64,000 nucleotides of DNA from an uncultured virus (IMG/VR IMGVR_UViG_2061766007_004224) (lineage: Duplodnaviria > Heunggongvirae > Uroviricota > Caudoviricetes). The notes under the pieces were generated by a model. It worked only from the letters and a program-made list of their open reading frames with translations. It was not told where the DNA came from and searched no databases. The stretch lies in the IMG/VR virus record IMGVR_UViG_2061766007_004224; one strand, written 5' to 3'. A program made the position numbers and the translations under genes. This document shows, piece after piece, positions 27,178 through 37,102 of this stretch. The first letter of the stretch is position 1. Every line of letters starts with the position of its first letter.

Positions 27178-28027
27178 CATCGGAGCGGGCCTGAAGATCG
27201 CCAAGGTCAACGTCGAGGAACTGCGTGAGCAGGACCTGAACGCCCGCCACATGGACAAAAAGATGTTTGAGCGCCTGAGCGCCAACATCCGGCACGATGC
27301 CCGTCTCGAGAGCCTGCCCTTCGTCGCTCAGACTGAGCGTGGGCTGGAGATCGTCTCTGGACACCACCGCGTCCGCGCAGCCCGCAGCGCAGACCTGAAT
27401 GAAATCTTCATCATTCTGGATGATACCGGGCTGTCTCAGGACGAGATCAGATCGAAGCAGTTGTCGCACAATTCGCTTCAGGGCGAAGACAACATGCAGT
27501 TGGTCAAGGAAATCTACGCCATGATCGAGGACGCTGACCAGAAGCTGTCGGCGTACATCGACGCTGATCTGGAGCTGATGTTCGACAAGGCGCAGGTCAA
27601 GGATGTCACGATTGACTTTGACATCAAGCACATCCTCGTCACGTTCCTGACCTACGAAAAGGCCGTGTTCGACCGGGCCGCTGAGAAGATCAACGGCAAG
27701 TACGATGAGCTGTACGTCGCCGACATGAAGCAGATCGAGCCGTTCACTCAGGCCATGACCCGCGCCGGGAAGGAGTACGACATCCGCGCCACCTCCACCC
27801 TGTTCTCGAAGATGGCTGAGATCGTGCTTCAGCATCTCGGCGAAGAGATCGACGAAGCCGAGCGCACAGCCATCCGTGACATCATCGGTACGGCGTACAT
27901 CCCCACCGAGGCCGCTCAGACCATTCAGGCCGCCATCGACAAGATGAAGAAGAACGGCGAAATCACCAACGCCAACAAATGGCAGGCGCTCGAATACATG
28001 GCTGCGGACTACCTCGGCGGGCGCTGA
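27161..28027 (+). CDS. ParB/Srx N-terminal domain protein
   Basis: NARHM, L..NI, EIVSGHHRVRAAR, QLSHN. Confidence 0.85.
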   Translation: MEILLDIGAGLKIAKVNVEELREQDLNARHMDKKMFERLSANIRHDARLESLPFVAQTERGLEIVSGHHRVRAARSADLNEIFIILDDTGLSQDEIRSKQLSHNSLQGEDNMQLVKEIYAMIEDADQKLSAYIDADLELMFDKAQVKDVTIDFDIKHILVTFLTYEKAVFDRAAEKINGKYDELYVADMKQIEPFTQAMTRAGKEYDIRATSTLFSKMAEIVLQHLGEEIDEAERTAIRDIIGTAYIPTEAAQTIQAAIDKMKKNGEITNANKWQALEYMAADYLGGR

Positions 28028-28042
28028 GGAGTGTGATTTGCC

Positions 28043-28687
28043 ATGGCAGGAGCACCGCCGAAATTCAATCCGACTTTTCACATACCGTGGGCGTTCTCTC
28101 TTGCCTGCGACGGCAGGACGGAAGAAGAGATCGCCGATGCGATGCACGTCTCCAGAATGACCATCGACCGATGGAAGCACGTCTGGGAGAAAAAAGAAGA
28201 AGTAGTCCGTGACAAAGAGGGCAATCCCGTTCTCGATGAAGACGGAAAGCCGAAGAAGAAGACGAAGATGGTCCCCGTCCTCGACGAGAACGGCGAGAAA
28301 AAGCTGTCTGAGTTCGGCCAAGAGCTGTTCCGTGGAAAGAGCGTCGCGGATGCTCAGATGGAGCAGAGCCTTTTCAAGTCCGGCACGGGCTACACCATCG
28401 AGGAAAAAGAAGAAATCGTCGAGGTCGGAAAGGATGGCAGACCCAAGCCACTGAAGATCAGGAAGACGACAAAGTATGTCCAGCCAAACGTCATGGCTCA
28501 GATATACTGGCTGAACAACCGCAGCCGCAATACAGGAAAATGGAGACAGAAGCAGGAGGTCGCTGTCGAGGGAACGATCGACGTGAAAGCCCAAGATCAG
28601 AAGATCAGGGACGCTCTCGACAATCTGACCGACGAGCAGCTTGAACAGTACGAGGCCCTGTGTGAGACGATGAATCCGCAGACCTGA
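28043..28687 (+). CDS. terS: Terminase small subunit
   Basis: HTH TEEEIADAMHVSRMTIDRWK, AQIYWLNNR; precedes TerL. Confidence 0.8.
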   Translation: MAGAPPKFNPTFHIPWAFSLACDGRTEEEIADAMHVSRMTIDRWKHVWEKKEEVVRDKEGNPVLDEDGKPKKKTKMVPVLDENGEKKLSEFGQELFRGKSVADAQMEQSLFKSGTGYTIEEKEEIVEVGKDGRPKPLKIRKTTKYVQPNVMAQIYWLNNRSRNTGKWRQKQEVAVEGTIDVKAQDQKIRDALDNLTDEQLEQYEALCETMNPQT

Positions 28688-28706
28688 CCTGAAGGGAGGG
28701 TCCGCT

Positions 28707-30149
28707 ATGAGTTCGCACACAATCCGAAGCCTGCCGATGCTCAGCAAGGCCGACTTTGAGGCTGCGCGGGCGCGTCGGAGCTTCCTCACCTACTGTGAAA
28801 AGGTGCATGAGGGCCGATGGACACCAGCCCGTCACCATAAGCTGATCGCTCAGAAATTGCAGGATGTCGCGGACGGCAAGTGCAAGCGCCTCATGGTCTG
28901 GCTGCCGCCCCGCCACGGAAAGAGCATGGAGATCACCGAAACCTTCCCGTCGTATTTCCTCGGCAAGCATCCTGAGAAGCACGTCATTGAGGTGTCCTAC
29001 AACAACGAGTTCGCTGAGAAGTTCGGAAACGCCAACCTTGCCAAGATCGACAAGTTCGGCGAGAGCATCTTCGGGCACCATCGTTCAGAAACGAAAGCCA
29101 CGAAGACAAACTGGCTGCTGGACAATGACATCGGCGGCATGCTTTCGGTCGGCGTAGGCGGTGCTATCACGGGCGAAGGCGCGGACCTACTTCTCATAGA
29201 CGACCCGATAAAGAACCGCCAAGAGGCCGAATCCGAGACGTACAGGCGGCGCTTGTACGAGGAATATCAATCCACCCTCTACACCCGCGTACAGCGTGAC
29301 GGTGCGATCATCATTGTTATGACCCGCTGGCACGAGGACGACATCTGCGGCAGGCTGCTGAATCCATCCATCTGCGAGCCGGAAGGCTGGGAGATACTGG
29401 ACATCCCGGCAGTCTGCGAAACTGAGGATGATCTGCTCGGAAGACAGATCGGCGAAACCATCTGGCCGGAGATCGGCTACGATGAAGCATGGGCAGCCCG
29501 CACAAAGGCGGCTGTCGGCACATACGCATGGGCAGGCATGTACCAGCAACGCCCCGCGCCGCTGGAAGGCGGCCTATTCAAGCGTCAGTATTTCAACTTC
29601 TACAAGGTCGCCCCGTCCGGCATGTCTCAGGTCGTTCAGTCTTGGGACTGCACGTTCAAGGAAGTGGACACCAGCGACTACGTGGCAGGTCACGTCTGGG
29701 GCCGTAAAGGCGGGGACTTCTACCTGCTCGACCGTGTACACGCGAAGATGGGCATAACCGCCACGATGCAGTCGATACGGACGCTCACGGCGAAGTGGCC
29801 CACCGCCCGCGCAAAGTACATCGAAGAAGCAGCCAACGGCGCAGCCGTGATCGAGCTGCTGAAAAGACAGATTCCCGGAATTGTGCCTGTGCATCCTGAC
29901 GGCGGCAAAGTCGTCAGAGCACAGGCAATTATGCCGTTTGTGGAGGCCGGGAATGTTTACCTGCCTGACCCAAGCATAGCCCCGTGGATTCACGATTTCA
30001 TTGAGGAGTGCGCAAACTTCCCAAACGCACTGCATGATGACGACGTGGACGCGATGACGCAGGCACTGAACCAGCTTGGAGCTATGCCGAATTTCGCTCT
30101 GCCTCCGTCCGATTACGGGAACGACAGAGTAAGTTACTGGCAAAGATGA
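28707..30149 (+). CDS. terL: Terminase large subunit
   Basis: PPRHGKS, LLIDDPIK, MTRWHEDD, YQQRP, HDDDVDA. Confidence 0.97.
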   Translation: MSSHTIRSLPMLSKADFEAARARRSFLTYCEKVHEGRWTPARHHKLIAQKLQDVADGKCKRLMVWLPPRHGKSMEITETFPSYFLGKHPEKHVIEVSYNNEFAEKFGNANLAKIDKFGESIFGHHRSETKATKTNWLLDNDIGGMLSVGVGGAITGEGADLLLIDDPIKNRQEAESETYRRRLYEEYQSTLYTRVQRDGAIIIVMTRWHEDDICGRLLNPSICEPEGWEILDIPAVCETEDDLLGRQIGETIWPEIGYDEAWAARTKAAVGTYAWAGMYQQRPAPLEGGLFKRQYFNFYKVAPSGMSQVVQSWDCTFKEVDTSDYVAGHVWGRKGGDFYLLDRVHAKMGITATMQSIRTLTAKWPTARAKYIEEAANGAAVIELLKRQIPGIVPVHPDGGKVVRAQAIMPFVEAGNVYLPDPSIAPWIHDFIEECANFPNALHDDDVDAMTQALNQLGAMPNFALPPSDYGNDRVSYWQR

Positions 30150-30163
30150 GGTGAGATGAGACA

Positions 30164-31582
30164 ATGCCAAGCAGCATGAAAGAATACGGCAGCATAGGTC
30201 AGCGCCGATACGCCGGGATATTCAGCGAAGAGTTCCTGAAGGAGCTTCAGGGCAAACGCGGCATCGAAGTGTACCGCGAGATGTCCGAGAACGACGACGT
30301 GTGCGGTGCTATCCTGTACGTTATCGAAACCCTCATCCGGCAAAGTTCGTGGAGCATCCAAGCCGGAGGCAAATCTGCGAAGGATGAGGAGTGCAAGGAG
30401 TTCTTGGAGAGCTGCATGGATGACATGCAGGACACGTGGACCGACACGATTTCCGAAATCCTGTCCTTCCTGACCTTCGGCTGGAGCTATCACGAGATCG
30501 TATACAAGCGCAGGACGGGCAACAGCCGCGACCCGCGCCTGAAATCACGGTACACAGACGGTCTGATCGGCTGGCAGAAGCTCCCGATCAGGTCACAGGA
30601 AACACTGTTCCGCTGGGAGTATGACGAACAGGAGAATCTGATCGGCATGACCCAACTCCCGCCGCCAAACTACGTTATGGCGACAATCCCGATCACCAAG
30701 GCGCTGCACTTCAGGACGAAAAGCCGTAAGAACAACCCGGAAGGCCGCTCCATCCTGCGTACCGCGTACCGAGATTGGTACTTCAAACGCCGGATTCAAG
30801 AGATCGAGGGCATGGGCATTGAGCGCGATCTCGCGGGCCTGCCTGTTCTGACAGCTCCTGAAGGAATGCCGATCTGGGATATAAACGACCCGCTGATGCA
30901 GCAGACGTTCCAGCGGGCCGAAAGTATCGTCCGCAACGTCCGGCGCGATGCAACCGAGGGCCTTGTGCTTCAGAACGGCTGGGAGTTCCAGCTACTCACC
31001 TCTGGCGGCACACGGCAGTTTGATACCAACGCGATTATCGAGCGGTACGATACCCGCATCGCCATGACCACGATGGCCGACTTCATCCTGCTTGGGCATC
31101 AGAAGGTCGGTTCCTTCGCCCTGTCCTCAGATAAGACGGAGCTGTTCAGCATGGCGCTGGGCGCTTACCTCGACATCATCTGCGAAGTGTTCAACAATCA
31201 GGGCATCCCGCGCCTGATCGAGATGAACGGTGACCATTTCCGAGGTATCACCGAGTACCCGAAGCTGACCCACGGAGACGTGGAGACCCCGGACCTGAAA
31301 GACCTGTCCGCTTACGTCAAGGAGCTGACAGGCTGCGCCGCCCTCACGCCTGACGAAGACCTCGAAGCCTACCTGCGGAAGGTCGCCAACCTGCCTGAGC
31401 GTCTGGAAGATCAGCAGTTCGATCAGGAGACGCGCAGACAGCAGCGGCAGCAGAACCGCATCAAGCAGGACGAGGCCAAGGACAAGAAATCGGCTCAGGA
31501 AGGTCAGGACATCGACATGGATGAGCTGGCCGACGAAGAGGCCGAAGCGGAGGCGGCAAAGAAGCGTCTGGGAAGGGGCTGA
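30164..31582 (+). CDS. Portal protein (DUF935-like)
   Basis: NPEGRSILR, GIERDLAGLP, GSFALS; follows TerL. Confidence 0.9.
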   Translation: MPSSMKEYGSIGQRRYAGIFSEEFLKELQGKRGIEVYREMSENDDVCGAILYVIETLIRQSSWSIQAGGKSAKDEECKEFLESCMDDMQDTWTDTISEILSFLTFGWSYHEIVYKRRTGNSRDPRLKSRYTDGLIGWQKLPIRSQETLFRWEYDEQENLIGMTQLPPPNYVMATIPITKALHFRTKSRKNNPEGRSILRTAYRDWYFKRRIQEIEGMGIERDLAGLPVLTAPEGMPIWDINDPLMQQTFQRAESIVRNVRRDATEGLVLQNGWEFQLLTSGGTRQFDTNAIIERYDTRIAMTTMADFILLGHQKVGSFALSSDKTELFSMALGAYLDIICEVFNNQGIPRLIEMNGDHFRGITEYPKLTHGDVETPDLKDLSAYVKELTGCAALTPDEDLEAYLRKVANLPERLEDQQFDQETRRQQRQQNRIKQDEAKDKKSAQEGQDIDMDELADEEAEAEAAKKRLGRG

Positions 31583-31586
31583 TTGA

Positions 31587-32996
31587 GTGGATATTCATGA
31601 TCTGCTTGACAGCTTCATCGACCGTGTAAGTCCACGCCCTGCCCGTTTTCTGACCCGCATGTGGGGCGATCAGCAGAAGGCTATTACCTATCACGAGCTG
31701 AGAGATGCGATCTTAGATGGCTCTCTCAGCCTCGATTACCTCAGCCAATGGGAGCAGGATTATAGCGTGTTCCTGACTGAGTGCTACGGACCCGTTGTGG
31801 ACGAGGCAGCGAAGGCAGCCCACGAGATGCTGGCCGCTCAGTACGGCGGTTATCTTCAGGACCCGATGCGCGGCCTCATGGACAATTACGTCCGAGATCA
31901 CGGTGGGCGGCTGATTCGAGAAGTCAGCGAAGGCCAGTACATGGCAATCAATACGCTGGTACGTCAGGCAACGCTGACCGACACGCTGACCGTTGACGAG
32001 CTGGCCCGCTGCATCCGGCCATGTATCGGCCTGACCCAGCGGCAGGCACAGCAATGCAAACGCTTCTATGAGCAGTTGCGCGAGGACGGGTACAGCAAGA
32101 ACGCCGCCCTGAAAAAGGAGGCCAACCTCGCCGCCAAGATTCACCGCCGCCGTGCTGCACTGATCGCCCAGACGGAGATGGCCTACGCAGCCAACGAAGG
32201 CATGGATGCAGTCATTCGCCAGAACGTCGAGCAGGGCATCATCAGCCCGGACGTTGAGAAGGAATGGTCCACCGCCAGAGACGAGCGCGTCTGCCCGGTC
32301 TGCGGCGGTCTCCACGGTGAGAAGGTGCCTGAAAATGAACCATTCTCAAATGGCGTGATGCTGCCACCTGCTCATCCCGGTTGCAGGTGCGCGGTGAAGT
32401 ATCATCTGAAACCTGCAGGAAAATCTGTTACGGAAGAATTGAATTGGGAAGACAAACTCACAAAAGAGGAAAAACAAGCGGTCATAGACTACTCAGGCAG
32501 TTCGTATAGTGCCGTTAATTCTTACATGGGCGGGGAGGAAGAATACGGAACAGATGCTGTTAAGCGGATTGCTCATGACCTCGAAAGCGCTTTGAGCAAA
32601 GCTTCCCTCCCAGAAAGAATGACGGTTTATAGGGGAACAGACCTCCGAGAAGTCGCCGGACTATTTGGCGGGAACCCAAACAGGTATTATCGCTTTGAAG
32701 AGATTGAAAAGCTCGAAGGTTTAATCGGAAAGACTGTAACGAACGACAGATTTGTCAGCACTTCATACGACGAGGTGCTCCCACAATACGCACAAAAAGG
32801 TGTTGTGATGCACATATCATTGCCTGAAGGCGCACAGGCTGCCGACATTAGTCATATTTCAAGGCACAAGGAAGAAGAAAGAGAAGTGCTGATTAATGTA
32901 GGTCAAAAAATGAGAATCACAAGCATACAAGCCAATGCGGACGAAGAAGGGTTTGTGAATGGTTTGATTCACCTTTTTGTTGAAGTTCTGCGTTAA
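31587..32996 (+). CDS. MuF/minor head protein fused to ADP-ribosyltransferase
   Basis: RAALIAQTE, DERVCPVC, PPAHPGCRC, then VYRG, FVSTS, EREVL. Confidence 0.88.
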   Translation: MDIHDLLDSFIDRVSPRPARFLTRMWGDQQKAITYHELRDAILDGSLSLDYLSQWEQDYSVFLTECYGPVVDEAAKAAHEMLAAQYGGYLQDPMRGLMDNYVRDHGGRLIREVSEGQYMAINTLVRQATLTDTLTVDELARCIRPCIGLTQRQAQQCKRFYEQLREDGYSKNAALKKEANLAAKIHRRRAALIAQTEMAYAANEGMDAVIRQNVEQGIISPDVEKEWSTARDERVCPVCGGLHGEKVPENEPFSNGVMLPPAHPGCRCAVKYHLKPAGKSVTEELNWEDKLTKEEKQAVIDYSGSSYSAVNSYMGGEEEYGTDAVKRIAHDLESALSKASLPERMTVYRGTDLREVAGLFGGNPNRYYRFEEIEKLEGLIGKTVTNDRFVSTSYDEVLPQYAQKGVVMHISLPEGAQAADISHISRHKEEEREVLINVGQKMRITSIQANADEEGFVNGLIHLFVEVLR

Positions 32997-33011
32997 AAAG
33001 GAGTTTGAGAT

Positions 33012-33482
33012 ATGAGTAAAACATTCAAGGATTATCTGATCTGCAAAGAACAGCAGCCGAGGGCTGACCCCTGCCCCGGTTCGCTCCAATGCAACTTCAA
33101 AATCCAGAAATCGGACGATGAAGAACGCCTCGTTTTCGGCTGGGCCTCAGTTGCGGAACGCACCAATGGCGAAACGGTCGTGGACTGGCAGGAAGACATC
33201 GTTGAGATGGAAGAGCTGGAAGCTGCGGCCTATGATTTCGTTCAGTTCTACCGGGAAGGCTCTGAGATGCACGAACGCGGCGGCCTCGACATCGGTGTCG
33301 TCGTTGAGAGCATGGTCTTCACGGCTGAGAAGATGCGGCTGCTCGGCATTGGAGAAGGCGTTGTCCCTTACGGCTGGTGGGTGGGCTTCCGCGTCATTGA
33401 CGACGACGTTTGGAACAAGGTCAAGGATGGGACCTACCGCATGTTCTCCATTGAGGGACAGGCAATTCGAGAGAAAGTATGA
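33012..33482 (+). CDS. XkdF-like putative prohead serine protease
   Basis: RLVFGWA, EMH, VVESMVF, GWWVGF, VWNKVKDG, FSIEG. Confidence 0.88.
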   Translation: MSKTFKDYLICKEQQPRADPCPGSLQCNFKIQKSDDEERLVFGWASVAERTNGETVVDWQEDIVEMEELEAAAYDFVQFYREGSEMHERGGLDIGVVVESMVFTAEKMRLLGIGEGVVPYGWWVGFRVIDDDVWNKVKDGTYRMFSIEGQAIREKV

Positions 33483-33499
33483 AAGCGAGGTGATCGGCA

Positions 33500-34702
33500 A
33501 TGCCCACGAAACTGAAAGGCTTGAAAATCAAGCGCGTTGCGCTGGTAGACGAGGGCGCGAATCCTGATGCGTACATCAAGTTCGCCAAAAGTAAAGACGG
33601 TGAAGAACCGATGGCTGACGTTGGAATGACCAGCGAGCAGGCCATCGGTTTTTTCGAGCGTATGGCGGCGATTGTCCGTAAAGCATTCTCAGGTGAGAAT
33701 GTGGACAAGTCCGCGTATACCTTCGCCGAAACGAAGGAGCAGCGCAACTATGACAAGGTGATGTCCGATGAAATCTATCCGACCATCTGGGCGTTTACGG
33801 ACAGCATTTGCTCCATCCTGAACGACCCTGAGAAGACGGATGATGAAAAGGCATCCATGATGAAGCAGAGCGTCACGGAGTTTTCCGATACCTTTAGTTC
33901 CTGCGCCGGAGCATGGTCTCAGGCTCAATCGGCGCAATCGAACATCGTAAAGGACGAAGCCGTGTTGACCAAGATGCGTGACAGCATCGCCGCCCTGATC
34001 GAGAAGAAGGCTGACAGCGGTGAGGAGCAGCCGAAAGATGAGGGCAAGGACAATGACGGCCCGGAAGATTCCGACGACGACAAAGACGACGGCGGCGAGG
34101 AAAAGCCGCCTGTGAAGAAAGGAGCTACTGAAATGGAGTTCGATACTTCCCGAATGACCCCCGAAGAAAAGGCTCAGTTCGATGATCTGGCGAAGCGGTT
34201 TGGCAAGCCCGAAGAGAATCCTGCGCCTGCCCCCGCTGCCAATCCTCAGCCCGCCGAAAATCCGGCTCCCGCTGGTGACGACGTGAACAAGGGCCTGACC
34301 CCTGAGCTGAAGGCCGAGATCGAAGCCCTCCGCAAATTCCGTCAGGATGCTGAGGAAAAGGAGCTGGCCGAAGTCGCCAAGCGCTATGAGATCATCGGCA
34401 AGAAGCCCGATGAGCTGGTGCCCGTCCTGAAGTCCCTGAAGGCGGCTGGCAAGGAAGCCTACGATCAGTTCATCGCTGGTCTGGACGGTGCTGTGAAGGC
34501 TGTTGAGGAGAGCGGCATGTTCTCCGAAGTCGGCAAGCGCGGCGCTCCCTCCACATCCGGCGACGATGCGTGGGGCAAGATCGAAGCCGCCGCCCACGAA
34601 ATCCAGAAGGCGAAGCCTGACATGCGCTGGCCCGATGCGGTTGACGCTGCCTGTGCTGCCCATCCCGATCTCGTGGAACAGTACGAGAAGTCCCGCCGCT
34701 AA
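33500..34702 (+). CDS. Putative scaffolding / head assembly protein
   Basis: LKIKRVALVDEGANP N-terminus; acidic and Pro/Ala-rich linkers; position. Confidence 0.75.
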   Translation: MPTKLKGLKIKRVALVDEGANPDAYIKFAKSKDGEEPMADVGMTSEQAIGFFERMAAIVRKAFSGENVDKSAYTFAETKEQRNYDKVMSDEIYPTIWAFTDSICSILNDPEKTDDEKASMMKQSVTEFSDTFSSCAGAWSQAQSAQSNIVKDEAVLTKMRDSIAALIEKKADSGEEQPKDEGKDNDGPEDSDDDKDDGGEEKPPVKKGATEMEFDTSRMTPEEKAQFDDLAKRFGKPEENPAPAPAANPQPAENPAPAGDDVNKGLTPELKAEIEALRKFRQDAEEKELAEVAKRYEIIGKKPDELVPVLKSLKAAGKEAYDQFIAGLDGAVKAVEESGMFSEVGKRGAPSTSGDDAWGKIEAAAHEIQKAKPDMRWPDAVDAACAAHPDLVEQYEKSRR

Positions 34703-34728
34703 TACCGGGTGGGAGAAAGGAGAAGATC

Positions 34729-35124
34729 ATGTCTTACCTGAATCACAGTTACAATGACAGCCCGGTCATTCACGGCGAAGCGAACGCTGCCCTGACTGCC
34801 CCGGCCATGAAAGCCTTTGCCCTGAACTCCAGCGGCAAGGTGATCCTGCCTGCTGCTTCCGGCGATTTCGCCGTGGGTATCGCTCTGGCGAATACCGACG
34901 ACGTGGCCGCTGGTGGCCGTATTGACCTTCAGGTCAAGGATGGCTGCTACGCCATCGCTGGCGAAACCATCAAGCGCGGCGACCTGCTGATGGCTCACAC
35001 CGATGGCACGCTGAAGAAGGCGACCGCTGGCAAGAATGTGCTGGCTATCGCTCTGTCCGATGCTGCCTCTGGTAAGCCCTGCGAAGTCTACATCATGCGG
35101 ACCCTGATTGCGCCTGCGTCGTAA
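34729..35124 (+). CDS. Capsid decoration/cement protein (DUF2190-like)
   Basis: 131 aa Ala/Gly-rich, just upstream of capsid gene. Confidence 0.75.
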   Translation: MSYLNHSYNDSPVIHGEANAALTAPAMKAFALNSSGKVILPAASGDFAVGIALANTDDVAAGGRIDLQVKDGCYAIAGETIKRGDLLMAHTDGTLKKATAGKNVLAIALSDAASGKPCEVYIMRTLIAPAS

Positions 35125-35151
35125 TCAGCCGCAGAGAAAGGAGAATGACCC

Positions 35152-36171
35152 ATGAATGCTATGAGCAATGAAGCCATCGCTGTTCAGATCGCCAAGGGCT
35201 GGAAGCCCAACAACTATCTGACCAACCTGAGCGTGGCTCACTTCCAGCCTGACGACTGGTTCGTTTCCCCGTTCGTGTTCCCCATCCTGCCCGTGCAGCT
35301 TTCCACCAGCTACTACTACAAGTTCAACAAGGCCGATCTCGCCCGTGACAACGTGCAGAGGAAGCCTGAGTTCGGCAAGGTTCAGCCTATGATCTTCGGC
35401 ACCGACAAGGAAATCTATTCCTGCGAGGTCGATCAGGTCATTATCGGTCTGGACCAGATTCGCTCTCAGGACTACAGCCGCGCTGGTACTCCGGGCATCT
35501 CTGACCCCCGCCGTGCGAAGGTTCGTCTGGCAACCGAGCAGATGAAGGTCCACATGGACCGCGTCTTTGCTGAAGGTTTCTTCAAGGCTGGCGTGTGGTC
35601 CACCGAGTACGAAGGCAAGTCCAGCACTCCCGGCTCCGGCGAGTTCTGGAAGTTCGACAACGCCAACTTCGACCCGATCAACTTCTTCGGCGGTCTGCGC
35701 ACGAAGATGATGCAGAACGGTCGCCGCAAGCCGAACGTGCTTGCGCTGGGCGTTGAAGCCTACGAAGGCCTGAAGCAGAACCCTGACATCCTCGACCGCG
35801 TGAAGTATTCCGGCTCCACCGCCAACCCCGCCACCATCAACCAGAATGTGCTGGCGCAGTTGCTGGAGATCGACCGCGTTGTCGTGCTGAACAGCGTGTA
35901 CAACGCTGGCGCTCTGGGTGTCGAGGATATGCAGTTCGTCTGCGATTCCAAGGCCGCCCTGCTGTGCTACGCCGCTCCCAACCCCGGCATCGACATCGCC
36001 ACCGCTGGCATGACCTTTGCGTGGGATATGCTGGGCAACGGCCAGTACCTTGCCTTCGATCAGTGGGAAGGCGAGAAAGGCACTCACACCGAGTTCATCG
36101 AGGGACTGTGCAGCTACACCCCCAAGAAGGTGTGCGACGAGCTGGGCTACTTCCTGAAGGATTGCGTGTAA
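35152..36171 (+). CDS. Major capsid protein
   Basis: LTNLSVAH, FPILPV, RKPNVLALG, PDILDRVKY; strong codon bias. Confidence 0.9.
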   Translation: MNAMSNEAIAVQIAKGWKPNNYLTNLSVAHFQPDDWFVSPFVFPILPVQLSTSYYYKFNKADLARDNVQRKPEFGKVQPMIFGTDKEIYSCEVDQVIIGLDQIRSQDYSRAGTPGISDPRRAKVRLATEQMKVHMDRVFAEGFFKAGVWSTEYEGKSSTPGSGEFWKFDNANFDPINFFGGLRTKMMQNGRRKPNVLALGVEAYEGLKQNPDILDRVKYSGSTANPATINQNVLAQLLEIDRVVVLNSVYNAGALGVEDMQFVCDSKAALLCYAAPNPGIDIATAGMTFAWDMLGNGQYLAFDQWEGEKGTHTEFIEGLCSYTPKKVCDELGYFLKDCV

Positions 36172-36181
36172 GACCTTATCC

Positions 36182-36325
36182 GCACCGCCCTATAAGGGTA
36201 GCCGCATGCTTTTCACCTCCTGGGCATGGGTGACAGCCTCGCTTCCGTGGTACGCCCTGCCCTCGCGTACAGCAGCCCGACCACCTGCTGTTGTCCACGG
36301 AAGTGCAAAGGCGGTCTAACGGTGC
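36182..36325 (+). ncRNA. Candidate structured RNA element (strand uncertain)
   Basis: Nested helices incl. GCTTCCGTGG/CCACGGAAGT, GTACGC/GCGTAC, ACAGCAG/CTGCTGT, GCACCG/CGGTGC. Confidence 0.5.
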
Positions 36326-36356
36326 TTTTATTCCATGAGAAAGGAGGACGTTGACC

Positions 36357-36659
36357 ATGCAGAAATTCATCAGCAATAAGCCGTGTAGGTTTGGCGAGCG
36401 TAATTTCATGATCGGTGAGGAGATTCCCACTGATCTGATCGCCCCAGCCCGCGTCCCTGCGCTGCTGAAGTACGGTACTATCGTGACCGTCGAAGTGCCG
36501 GACAAACAGCCTGCTCCCGCTCCCGTTGAGCCTGAGCAGACCGACCCTGCCGCCACGGGTGAGAACTCCGAGGAACCTCACGCCGAAGAACAGGCTCCCG
36601 TTGAGCCTGAGCAGCAGGAAAAAGCCGCGAAAGGCAATGGAAGGAAGGCTCAGAAATGA
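36357..36659 (+). CDS. Hypothetical head-associated protein
   Basis: SD AAGGAGG; APVEPEQ repeated twice. Confidence 0.75.
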   Translation: MQKFISNKPCRFGERNFMIGEEIPTDLIAPARVPALLKYGTIVTVEVPDKQPAPAPVEPEQTDPAATGENSEEPHAEEQAPVEPEQQEKAAKGNGRKAQK

Positions 36660-37102
36660 GCACCTACACCTATAATCCGTCTGAGATCAGCAGCAGGTCG
36701 GTAAGCCGCGCCCGCTTTGAACTCGGCGATGTCATGGTCGATGGCGGGGAAGAAACCTGTTACCTTGCGGATGAAGAGATCGAGGCTGTGCTGGCTGAAA
36801 CGTCCGGCTGGAAAAGGTGCCTATTCAGACTGGCAGATGCCGTCTGTATGCGGTTGTCCTTTGAAACCAACTGGCGTGACGACGGTACGGCCTTTGATCT
36901 GAACCAGCGTGCAGAACGATGGATGAAACTGCGCGACCGCTTTGAGAAGGAAGCCGAGATCGAGGCATGCACGCCTCAGTCCGGGGCCGTAGAAGCCTCT
37001 CTCCGCAACGAAGAGGACGGCGGCCATTACTTCTATGGTGGCATGCAGCAGTCTCCGTATGTGAAGCCTCCGCTGCCTTTTGAAGGTGATACAGGATGCT
37101 GA
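36656..37102 (+). CDS. Head-tail connector/adaptor
   Basis: RFELGD, LADEEIEA; position. Confidence 0.75.
   Translation: MSTYTYNPSEISSRSVSRARFELGDVMVDGGEETCYLADEEIEAVLAETSGWKRCLFRLADAVCMRLSFETNWRDDGTAFDLNQRAERWMKLRDRFEKEAEIEACTPQSGAVEASLRNEEDGGHYFYGGMQQSPYVKPPLPFEGDTGC

Noticed and set aside
27065..28789. Long minus-strand ORFs (574 aa here; also 39184-40629, 43095-45155, 57478-59265, 61589-62818, 15490-16806)
   Set aside because: Antisense shadows of strongly codon-biased plus-strand genes; no motifs or RBS support.
36520..36614. GCTCCCGTTGAGCCTGAGCAG repeated twice
   Set aside because: In-frame duplication in a low-complexity linker (APVEPEQ).
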